From positions 1 through 25,397 of IMG/VR virus record IMGVR_UViG_3300037296_000154: a stretch of DNA of 25,397 nucleotides, one strand, 5' to 3'. The notes under the pieces are model-generated. The model ran no database searches and was not told where the DNA came from. It was given only the letters and a program-made list of their open reading frames with translations. Positions 1-7,188 of the stretch are shown here, piece by piece. Position 1 is the stretch's first letter, and each line of letters starts with the position of its first letter. A program made the position numbers and the translations under genes. The stretch comes from a virus. Taxonomy: Duplodnaviria > Caudoviricetes.

Positions 1-359
1 GCGTCATTCAACCCGGCAATAGCCGATTGAATGTCGTAGCTTGATTTAACAAAGTCGGTTGATGACTTGCCATATTTAAGCGCGTAATCGTATGAATTTT
101 CAGTCAGCATTTTTAAGGCTGAATCACGCACCCCTAGAGATTTGACTTCGCCTAATGCCCTATCCATTTCAATGGCTGGCATCAATGCGTTTTGCAATGC
201 ATAACCACTGGCCGCAATACCGCCAATACCAGATGCCATTTGCATGGTTCCGGCTTGGTAGTTAGCAGACAAACCATTTAACCCTTTGCTGATTTTGGCA
301 ATCGGCTTGGTTATTTGGTCTATCAAACTAACTGTGAACGATAACGGGTTAAGTGACAT
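1..359 (-). CDS. Phage tail tape measure protein, N-terminal part (truncated by window edge)
   Basis: Not in the ORF track. Read by hand from ATG at 359: MSLNPLSFTVSLIDQITKPIAKISKGLNGLSANYQAGTMQMASGIGGIAASGYALQNALMPAIEMDRALGEVKSLGV..., open to the edge, directly after the tail chaperone genes. Confidence 0.88.
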   Translation of the reverse strand, partial: MSLNPLSFTVSLIDQITKPIAKISKGLNGLSANYQAGTMQMASGIGGIAASGYALQNALMPAIEMDRALGEVKSLGVRDSALKMLTENSYDYALKYGKSSTDFVKSSYDIQSAIAGLND

Positions 360-420
360 GTTAATCCCTAATTTTTACGAACCGCTGAGGGCTCTACCTG
401 TTTTTAAGTGCCGCTTAGGG

Positions 421-612
421 CTATTTACCACCAAACGCTTTGCAAACTGCGTTGGTGATAATGGCTTCTAAGTCTTCACGTTGGCGGTTAAACAACCAAG
501 CCGCCCTTGCTAAACTTCGCGGTTCATCATCTTCATTTGGCAATAAGTGCCGCCTTAAAATCATGAACTGCTCAAGCTGATTTGAATCAATCGATTCAAT
601 CAGCCCTGCTAT
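421..612 (-). CDS. -1 frameshift extension of tail assembly chaperone (lambda gpGT / P2 gpE+E' analogue)
   Basis: Slippery A AAA AAA (618-612) just before the TAG of 609..875. The -1 frame reads IAGLIESIDSNQLEQFMILRRHLLPNEDDEPRSLARAAWLFNRQREDLEAIITNAVCKAFGGK* to TAG at 423-421. Confidence 0.8.
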   Translation of the reverse strand: MAGLIESIDSNQLEQFMILRRHLLPNEDDEPRSLARAAWLFNRQREDLEAIITNAVCKAFGGK

Positions 613-875
613 TTTTTTACGGCAATTTCCAACACTGGCGAAAACTCAGCTTTTAACGTTGATGCTATTTGCAGTTCGGCACCTGGTGAGCTTTCAAGCA
701 CTTTTTTAAAGTCGTCTTTTTGGCCGTTGTCGATAGTGCGCATTACCATGTTGTGTGCGGCTGCGGTCATTGAACCGCCACGGGCAACACTGTCAACAAA
801 GTCGCTGTGGTCTTGCACTGTTACATTAAAGGTAAAATCAGTACCTGCGATGGTTAAAACGATTGGCTGTTTCAT
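609..875 (-). CDS. Phage tail assembly chaperone
   Basis: 88 aa, upstream of tape measure, ends ...AVKK on a slippery run; resembles HP1/K139-type chaperones. Confidence 0.8.
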   Translation of the reverse strand: MKQPIVLTIAGTDFTFNVTVQDHSDFVDSVARGGSMTAAAHNMVMRTIDNGQKDDFKKVLESSPGAELQIASTLKAEFSPVLEIAVKK

Positions 876-1135
876 GCTGAATCCTTGTTATTTCTGTTGG
901 TTAATAATTCTTTTAGGTTATCGAATCCGGCTTGCATCTGGCGTTCCATGCGGTCGCCTACGTCCTTAACATCATTTTTGGTGGCATAGGTTTCGGCTAC
1001 ATGGGTTTTATGGTTGCTTAATTCGTTACTGGTTTTGTGGGCCACACTGTTTAAGTAGGCAATTAATGGCATTGCAATGGTGAGCAATACACCAACAATG
1101 CCCAAAGTAACTAGCAACCAGCTGGTTAATTCCAT
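872..1135 (-). CDS. Small single-TM, coiled-coil protein of the lysis region
   Basis: N-terminal hydrophobic helix (WLLVTLGIVGVLLTIAMPLIAYL), then amphipathic helical segment; stop overlaps the next start (ATGA). Confidence 0.6.
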   Translation of the reverse strand: MELTSWLLVTLGIVGVLLTIAMPLIAYLNSVAHKTSNELSNHKTHVAETYATKNDVKDVGDRMERQMQAGFDNLKELLTNRNNKDSA

Positions 1136-1138
1136 GCG

Positions 1139-1702
1139 TTAAGCTCCTTTTATTGGTGGGCTTTGCGCATTACCCTTACTGATTAAACCCATTAACTTGT
1201 CTTTGTCGCTCGACTCTTTGGTTGAGCTCACCCAATAAGTCACGGCGCCAGCAACCAAGGTGAACAAGTTGCCTACTAGATACACAATCAAATCGCGGTT
1301 ACTTTCAATAACCGGACCGTAAAATAAGGCCCATAACACGGCGGCAAACAGTCCGAGTAATAACAGCGTTAACGCGGCTGGCATCCAATGGTCTTTGTGT
1401 TCGTGGCGTGCATTTTGGCGGTCAAGTAAATCTGCTTTATATTCATCTAAGCTGATGCGTTGTAATTCAATGTTGCCCTGGCGAATTTGTTCACGTTCTT
1501 GCTGGGCCCACTCTTGCAGTTTTAATGCTGCATTTGGGTCTTTGCGTAATGCGGCTTCAACGGCTTCGGGTGTATTGTCGGTACCGAGGGCACCCGCAAT
1601 TTGGCTGCCAATGCTAATGGCCAGACCAACAGGCCCACCCAGAAGTGGGGCAACGGCTCCGGCGATAGTGCCTACGGTTCCGCTAATTGCTTTCCAGTCC
1701 AT
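1139..1702 (-). CDS. Putative holin-like membrane protein (3TM/GTA-holin-like architecture)
   Basis: Gly-rich N-terminal hydrophobic segment (APLLGGPVGLAI), central coiled coil, two C-terminal TM helices; follows the endolysin. Confidence 0.6.
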   Translation of the reverse strand: MDWKAISGTVGTIAGAVAPLLGGPVGLAISIGSQIAGALGTDNTPEAVEAALRKDPNAALKLQEWAQQEREQIRQGNIELQRISLDEYKADLLDRQNARHEHKDHWMPAALTLLLLGLFAAVLWALFYGPVIESNRDLIVYLVGNLFTLVAGAVTYWVSSTKESSDKDKLMGLISKGNAQSPPIKGA

Positions 1703-1703
1703 G

Positions 1704-2255
1704 TTATATTCCCGCCATGTCTAAATAGTTCGCTTCACGATTTCTTCGGCTGTGGTATCGGTCGCCAAAATCACGTAATTCGATAGCCATTTGATGCCAG
1801 TTTTGTTGCGTAGCGGCTCGCCAAAAGTTAGGGCAACGGCGGGCTAAATTGCCGTACTGAAACGCCACTGACGCTATAACCGTTTGCTGTTGCTCTTTTA
1901 GTAGATCAAAAGGCAATACAGAATCTCGGTTGTATCTATGCTGCAGTTGTTCAAGTAATTGGCTTTTAACGCACAAATCAATCAGATTTGCGTCATCTGG
2001 CGTTATTGATAGCGGCGTATCATGCAAGGCTGTTACTGCATCATGTTTAGTTAGTCCGCAATATGGTGCTAACTTCTGCACCAATGCTTGTGGTAAAAGC
2101 GTTTGCAAATCGTTAACTGAGCGCTGACCAAGATCAAAGCCGGTGGCAATAGTGACGCCCGATTTTGAATACTTAGGATCAGGTACATAGCCGGTGCATG
2201 TTGGGCCACCTTCTAATCCTGAAATAAAGCCAAAATTTACTTTTGTTTTATTCAT
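1704..2255 (-). CDS. Endolysin, pesticin C-terminal-like (T4-lysozyme-fold) muramidase
   Basis: Motifs FISGLEG...GYVP...SGVTIATGFDLGQ and QTVIASVAFQYG...RRNREANYL typical of pesticin-domain muramidases. Confidence 0.85.
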   Translation of the reverse strand: MNKTKVNFGFISGLEGGPTCTGYVPDPKYSKSGVTIATGFDLGQRSVNDLQTLLPQALVQKLAPYCGLTKHDAVTALHDTPLSITPDDANLIDLCVKSQLLEQLQHRYNRDSVLPFDLLKEQQQTVIASVAFQYGNLARRCPNFWRAATQQNWHQMAIELRDFGDRYHSRRNREANYLDMAGI

Positions 2256-2260
2256 CGCTT

Positions 2261-2455
2261 CTACTCACTTAACGTTTTGCATTCAACACATAGCTGCACA
2301 CCTGGCATAAATTGGCGGCGCTGTTCAGGTATGTCGTTGTCACATTCAATACACTGTTTGGCGCTTGGCCGACTCGGCGGTGGCGTGGTTCGCTTGGCTA
2401 AGAATGCTTTTTCAAGGCGTTCTTGCTCTATGCCTGCTCTGTCGGCGTCATCCAT
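2261..2455 (-). CDS. TraR/DksA family C4 zinc-finger protein
   Basis: N-terminal DxxDxA (MDDADRA) and CxxC...IPEQRR...PGVQLCxxC. Confidence 0.9.
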   Translation of the reverse strand: MDDADRAGIEQERLEKAFLAKRTTPPPSRPSAKQCIECDNDIPEQRRQFMPGVQLCVECKTLSE

Positions 2456-2467
2456 TACTTATGTCAC

Positions 2468-2917
2468 CTATTGAACAATGTTTTCAATTTCATCTGGGCG
2501 CAGGTATGGCACGCCATCGATGTGTACAAAGTCAGGGTCGGTTACATCAAACGGAATTTTAAACAACGAGGCTTGACCGCCTTTTTTGTCGACATCTAAA
2601 ATATCGCTTAGCTTAATGCGACAACCAAAGGCTTCTACTTTCATTTCGTCTTGCGATGTTTTGGCATAAAACATCATGTCGAACGTTTTCATTGCACGCC
2701 ACGAACCGGCCGCTTTGGCTGCGTTCGATATCAACGCAAAGTTGCTAGCATTCACACTTAGCTCACCACTTGCTGATACGTCACCGTCGACATAGCCGTC
2801 GGGCACGCCACCCGTTTGGCTTACCGCGCTGTTGTCGGTAATACTTAAACTTGCTGTATCAACTTGGACCATAATGTCGCCCATGTTGACGTTAAAATTC
2901 ATTCCAGATAAACGCAT
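2468..2917 (-). CDS. Tail tube protein (HP1/K139-type, DUF2597-like)
   Basis: 149 aa, RLSGMNF...GGVPDGYVDGDVSA...VTDPDFVHIDGVPYL; directly after the sheath gene. Confidence 0.85.
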   Translation of the reverse strand: MRLSGMNFNVNMGDIMVQVDTASLSITDNSAVSQTGGVPDGYVDGDVSASGELSVNASNFALISNAAKAAGSWRAMKTFDMMFYAKTSQDEMKVEAFGCRIKLSDILDVDKKGGQASLFKIPFDVTDPDFVHIDGVPYLRPDEIENIVQ

Positions 2918-2928
2918 GATGGCGGCTC

Positions 2929-4035
2929 CTAGTTATTGCTAAGGTCAAGCATAATGTTGACGGTTATTTCTTTCGGGCTGTTGTACGGGCGAACCACCAT
3001 GTAAATCACTACGCTTTTGTTGGTCGGCCATGTGATTTCAATATCACCATCAATTGGCGGGGTGATATCACCTGGGAACTGCGTGCCTAAAATGGTGTAG
3101 CTTTTGCTCATGGTGCGCAGTGGCTTCATAAAATAAGCTTTGTTTAGCTCAATACTGTTTGGCGTTGAGTTCAGTACGCGATCAGCGATGCGGCGAATGG
3201 CTAGCACACGCACTTCACGGCTGGCTTTGTGCACTACACGTAGGTTTTCAATGTATTGATAGTCACCGCCTGCAGCGTCTAGGGTTGAACCATCGCCCCA
3301 ATACGTGCCCTCAAAATCGGAATACCACTGCGGCACACTAAAACGTGCAACGGCTAAGGTGTTTAATGTGGCCAGTGATAATGGCGCGGCTGCGCTGTCA
3401 ACTGGTGATGCACCTAACCCCATTACGCTTCCGGTAGCCACGCGCATTGGGCTGTCGGCAATACTGACGCTGTGGTTACATAAGCGCCCGGCTAATACGC
3501 CCACATTGTTGCCGTGTAATTGCGGTACTGGGATGGCTAAGTGATTAGCTAACCCGGTTACGAGTGCCACGCTTGCGGCTTCATAGGCTGACCATGTTTG
3601 GGTTGCCGCGTCGATACCTGGCACTGCAACAAGGCCAGATACAAAGCGACCTAGTTTGGCTTGCAAGCTAAACAAGTAATCGTGCTTTTCGCTGATATCG
3701 GTGGCGATGGTGGAAATGTCGCAAAACACCACGGTTTCAAAACTTTGCACTTCATTGCTGCGGTCGATGGCGTCAAATACGTCTTCGCCATCTGCCAGCG
3801 GGTAAACCGCGGCGGTCCAGTTTTGACCCGCGTTTAATTGCGCAGCGATCACTTGAGCGCGCAGGCCACTGTCGGCTAATGCGTCTTCAAGGTCTGTTTG
3901 TGCATTCACGCTAAACAGTTGGCTTTCTTCACCGGCTGCACCTGCGCGGCCAATAAATAGAAAGTGTCGTTCAATCGCAGCAATATCACCTTGCCCTAGA
4001 TTGAGGTTGTTAACTTGTACTTTACCTAGTGCCAT
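2929..4035 (-). CDS. Tail sheath protein (HP1/K139-type, DUF2586-like)
   Basis: 368 aa, VQVNNLNLGQG...ERHFLFIG, GVLAGRL...SIADSPMRVATG, YQYIENLRVVHKA. Confidence 0.88.
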   Translation of the reverse strand: MALGKVQVNNLNLGQGDIAAIERHFLFIGRAGAAGEESQLFSVNAQTDLEDALADSGLRAQVIAAQLNAGQNWTAAVYPLADGEDVFDAIDRSNEVQSFETVVFCDISTIATDISEKHDYLFSLQAKLGRFVSGLVAVPGIDAATQTWSAYEAASVALVTGLANHLAIPVPQLHGNNVGVLAGRLCNHSVSIADSPMRVATGSVMGLGASPVDSAAAPLSLATLNTLAVARFSVPQWYSDFEGTYWGDGSTLDAAGGDYQYIENLRVVHKASREVRVLAIRRIADRVLNSTPNSIELNKAYFMKPLRTMSKSYTILGTQFPGDITPPIDGDIEITWPTNKSVVIYMVVRPYNSPKEITVNIMLDLSNN

Positions 4036-4037
4036 GA

Positions 4038-4697
4038 TTAGCCTCTTTTGCTGTTAACTGATTCAATGATTTTTACTAATTCGCGTTGAACATTGTCGGT
4101 ACTATCACCCAAGAACGGGCGCGCTTTAACCGGTATTGACCAACGTGTTTTACGTGAGTTGTCGCGCAGTGTTTTTAAAATAAACCCTGCTTTGCGTTGA
4201 TTGAGGTTGGCGACAATCTCGGTAATCGTGGCGCGGCGATATCCTTTGCCTTTGGTTTTTTTGGTTTTGTAGCCCAAGGCAATTAATGCTTTTGCTTGGC
4301 TGCGGGTGGCTGGCGCGTCGTAATCAACCATGCCGTGAATACGTGCCATGCGCCCTGCTGTCATGGTTTCGCGGCCACCGTCTTGGTGCAATGCGGCAAT
4401 GCGGCCAACAGATGTTTGTTTATGCTTCAGTTCTAAGCGATTTGCCTTTTTCACAAACGGCTCTAAGGTGCGGCCCATGCGTTTAAGCATCTTGGCTTTT
4501 TTGCCATTGGCACGATTGGCAAACTTGCTACCGTCAACCGTGGTTTGGTTGCGTATGCGCTTGCGGGCTTTTTGGCGTTCAAAGCGGCCTAACGTTTTTA
4601 AAATACGGGTGCGCTTGTTGGCTGGCAGCGATAGCAGCAATAATTGATTTTTTAAGCTCAATGCTTGGTGCTTATTTGGGCTAATCACTAAACTCAT
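4038..4697 (-). CDS. Virion morphogenesis / tail completion protein (P2 gpS-like)
   Basis: Basic protein with RIRNQTTVDGSKF, IAALHQDG and C-terminal PVKARPFLG. Confidence 0.8.
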   Translation of the reverse strand: MSLVISPNKHQALSLKNQLLLLSLPANKRTRILKTLGRFERQKARKRIRNQTTVDGSKFANRANGKKAKMLKRMGRTLEPFVKKANRLELKHKQTSVGRIAALHQDGGRETMTAGRMARIHGMVDYDAPATRSQAKALIALGYKTKKTKGKGYRRATITEIVANLNQRKAGFILKTLRDNSRKTRWSIPVKARPFLGDSTDNVQRELVKIIESVNSKRG

Positions 4698-5179
4698 AAA
4701 TCACCCGTCTTTTGCTGTACGTCTACGGTTTCAGCAATGTTTAATGGCACTAATGACACGCGATAACGTTCGCCGTTAAATATTACTGGGCCTGTTTCGT
4801 CGGGTATTAAGTCAATGTCATCTATTAGCTGCAGCTCTATTAATACTGTCGCGTGGTCTTTGCTTACCACGTCAATATCCAGTTGCGGATCATCTAGGCC
4901 GTATTCGTCACGTTGCCAATTGCTGTCAATTAAAAAGGCAGCAACCATGGCTAACAGGTTGTAAGGGTTAACGCGGCGATGCGGAAAACGTTCTAACGCA
5001 ATCACGGCGTTGTGTTTCCACTTAGCCACTTGATAACCGTCATTACCTTTGTCTTCGCCGCTTAATATTAAGGTGCCGTTTTCTTGCCAAGCGTCGAGAT
5101 CATTGGCTTTTACTAGCGGTGACAAGCTAGCCAGCAAAAACTCGGCTAATTGTTGTAATTGGGTTTTTGTCTGGCTCAT
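4694..5179 (-). CDS. Tail completion protein (P2 gpR-like)
   Basis: 161 aa, between head completion and gpS-like genes; HNAVIALERFP motif. Confidence 0.7.
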   Translation of the reverse strand: MSQTKTQLQQLAEFLLASLSPLVKANDLDAWQENGTLILSGEDKGNDGYQVAKWKHNAVIALERFPHRRVNPYNLLAMVAAFLIDSNWQRDEYGLDDPQLDIDVVSKDHATVLIELQLIDDIDLIPDETGPVIFNGERYRVSLVPLNIAETVDVQQKTGDL

Positions 5180-5637
5180 AGCGAATGCACCCCGGCTCGG
5201 CCAAGGCCAAGCAGTAAACGAATGGCGCGGGTTGATTGCGCTAAAATGGCGTCTTGCTGGGCATCATCTTGGGCTTTGTTGTTGCCTGCATCTTTTTGGT
5301 CAACAGCAGAAAAATAGCCCAGCAAATCGGCATGAGAACGGGCATAAACAGCCCCGCGATAAATGCTAATTTGCTGCTCGCTGAAATCAGGAGCTAGGCT
5401 GGCGCCTAAGGCAAAAGTGACGTCCTTGTCGGTCGCTGCTGGGGATGTTACATAGTTCAAAAGTTGTTGCTGTACTTCGGCCACACTGCGGTTAAGCGAA
5501 TCGGCTAATACCGCCTCTTCAAAAAATTCAGGTATGCGGCGATGCTGGCGAAATTCGCCAGTTGACAGTGCAGGCCAGCCGCTATCTGTGTCGATAGCCA
5601 TGCTTGTTTGTTGTCCTGCGTCAAATCCAAAGCTCAT
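5176..5637 (-). CDS. Head completion/stabilization protein (P2 gpL-like)
   Basis: GWPALSTGEFRQHRRIP, YRGAVYARSHADLL, C-terminal AIRLLLGLGRAGVHSL. Confidence 0.85.
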   Translation of the reverse strand: MSFGFDAGQQTSMAIDTDSGWPALSTGEFRQHRRIPEFFEEAVLADSLNRSVAEVQQQLLNYVTSPAATDKDVTFALGASLAPDFSEQQISIYRGAVYARSHADLLGYFSAVDQKDAGNNKAQDDAQQDAILAQSTRAIRLLLGLGRAGVHSL

Positions 5638-5671
5638 ACATCACCTTTGTGTTGCATACATCAAATTGGGT

Positions 5672-5736
5672 TCAGTGCAGTTAGCGTCGTAGTGTTGTTT
5701 AACAGTCGCCTGTTAAGCACTCGGCTAGTGCACTGG
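5672..5736. other. Long imperfect intergenic stem-loop between small terminase and gpL-like gene
   Basis: CAGTGCA/TGCACTG outer arms, TAGC/GCTA, AGTG/CACT and inner TTAACAG-TCGC-CTGTTAA. Confidence 0.65.
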
Positions 5737-5750
5737 AGGGTTGGGAGTTG

Positions 5751-6545
5751 TTACGCTGGCTTTTGGCCAACTTGTTGCGAACCGCTTTCTTTAGAGCCAA
5801 TCTCTTGTGAGCCATAGGCCTCTAACGCACGTATTCGCATTTCAATTTTGTTTCTAATGGTTTTCACCTGGGCATGCTTGTGCAAACTGGCGGCTTTTTC
5901 GAGTAACGCATCAGCCTGTTGTAGGCGCTCAATGTCGCCCACTTGTGTTGGTGCAATGTCGCCGTTTGTTGCTCTAAGTAGTGCCAAACCCGCGAATTTG
6001 TAAAACTTGGCGGTAACCGGTTCTGGCAGTTTCCAATCATGAGCCACGCGCTTAAACACCATGCTGAAATACGGTTCAATGCTGTGGCCGTTTTGCGCTT
6101 GCACTTCTGCCCAATCAAATACAGTGTCGGCAATAAAGCCGGGCCACTGGCGACGAATACTGCCCGCCATAGGTTGCCCCAGTTCGATAGCGCGAAACGC
6201 GAATTCAATAGCTCGGCTAAGGTCGCCAACATCAAACAACCAGATAGTGCAATAAGCGTAAATAGGATGATCATCTAACCTTTCCTTTTCGGTTTGAGCG
6301 TCTAGTTTTTCTAGATACTCGGTGACGATGGGCAACCACTTTGGCAGTAACACGTCACGTTTATGGGCTATCTTGTCGCTGCGTCTGGCAAAGGCTTTAA
6401 GACGTTTTACATCGTCCTCTAGCTCTATCATCTGCAAGTGCAAGCTGGGCGCGTATTTTGCGTTACCCGTTAGCCTTACTTTTTCGAGTTGTTTTTTGCT
6501 TTTTCGCTCTTCACGCCAGGCGAGGATTTTGGCGCCGCCGATGGC
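5751..6545 (-). CDS. Terminase small (endonuclease) subunit, P2 gpM-like; frame open upstream of the track start and probably entered by -1 frameshift
   Basis: LEDDVKRLK...KIAHKRDVLLPKWLP, IWLFDVGDL..AIEFA..AIELGQPM, WKLPEPVTAKFYK are gpM-type motifs. The frame is open from 6569; there is no ATG before 6431 and no SD before TTG 6443. Confidence 0.85.
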   Translation of the reverse strand, partial: AIGGAKILAWREERKSKKQLEKVRLTGNAKYAPSLHLQMIELEDDVKRLKAFARRSDKIAHKRDVLLPKWLPIVTEYLEKLDAQTEKERLDDHPIYAYCTIWLFDVGDLSRAIEFAFRAIELGQPMAGSIRRQWPGFIADTVFDWAEVQAQNGHSIEPYFSMVFKRVAHDWKLPEPVTAKFYKFAGLALLRATNGDIAPTQVGDIERLQQADALLEKAASLHKHAQVKTIRNKIEMRIRALEAYGSQEIGSKESGSQQVGQKPA

Positions 6546-7066
6546 TTTTTTAGTTCGCTGGTCGCTTGTTTAATATCGTTCGCAGCATTGGCAATGCTGT
6601 CGGCGCTATACGCTAAGTCACTGGCACTGTCATCGATGTTTGAGGCGCTTTGGTCAACCTTGTCGGCTGCATAGCTCACTGAGTCAGCGGCATTGTTCAC
6701 GCTATCAGAGGCTTGGTTAACTGAGTCTGTCGCGTCGTTAACAGATTCGGTAATGGCGGTAATATTTCCGGCATCATCCGTGGTAATTTGTGCGGTTACG
6801 GTTTTGTCATCACCATTAGCTGGATCAAAATAATGTGGATTTTCGGCAAACATGTGCACTTCATCATCGACAATGTGCAGGCCTTTACCTACAAACGCTT
6901 CTGCTGCACCGATAGCTAATTCGTTAGAGCAATTGAACAGTTTGCCTAATAACCAAAGCGCTTCATTTTCTGGTGCTGGTGCTGGTACTTTGACTTTTTC
7001 AACATTTTTTTGTTGAGTGCGATTTTGTTGTTCACGACGTTTTTTAAAATTGGCAATGGCTGACAT
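6476..7066 (-). CDS. Heptad-repeat (coiled-coil) protein; probable N-terminal part of a frameshifted terminase fusion
   Basis: ATG with GGGA SD upstream; about nine 7-residue repeats (SVNDATD SVNQASD SVNNAAD SVSYAAD...) ending at CTA AAA AAG. Confidence 0.75.
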   Translation of the reverse strand: MSAIANFKKRREQQNRTQQKNVEKVKVPAPAPENEALWLLGKLFNCSNELAIGAAEAFVGKGLHIVDDEVHMFAENPHYFDPANGDDKTVTAQITTDDAGNITAITESVNDATDSVNQASDSVNNAADSVSYAADKVDQSASNIDDSASDLAYSADSIANAANDIKQATSELKKPSAAPKSSPGVKSEKAKNNSKK

Positions 7067-7094
7067 AACAATTTCCCGTTTTATCTAAAGGATT

Positions 7095-7188
7095 TGCTAG
7101 GCACTCATTGAGTGCCTAGCAATAAGGTTAAACCGTTGGTGCTAGGCACTCATTGAGTGCCTAGCAATAAGGTTAAACCGTTGGTGCT
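7095..7188. repeat. Exact 45-bp tandem duplication, each unit carrying a 27-bp perfect palindrome
   Basis: TGCTAGGCACTCATTGAGTGCCTAGCAATAAGGTTAAACCGTTGG at 7095-7139 and 7140-7184, then TGCT (7185-7188). Confidence 0.97.

Noticed and set aside
6510-6540. Classical H-type pseudoknot downstream of the terminase slippery site
   Set aside because: The two stems would have zero-length loops 1 and 3, which is sterically implausible; treated as alternative hairpins
6476-7066. Methyl-accepting chemotaxis protein
   Set aside because: Only generic heptad similarity; no conserved MCP hairpin-tip motif (LLALNAAIEAARAGE) and no TM or sensor domain
7095-7188. Mini-CRISPR array (two palindromic 27-bp repeats)
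   Set aside because: The 18-bp intervening segments are identical and are the capsid gene end; no cas genes; it is a tandem duplication
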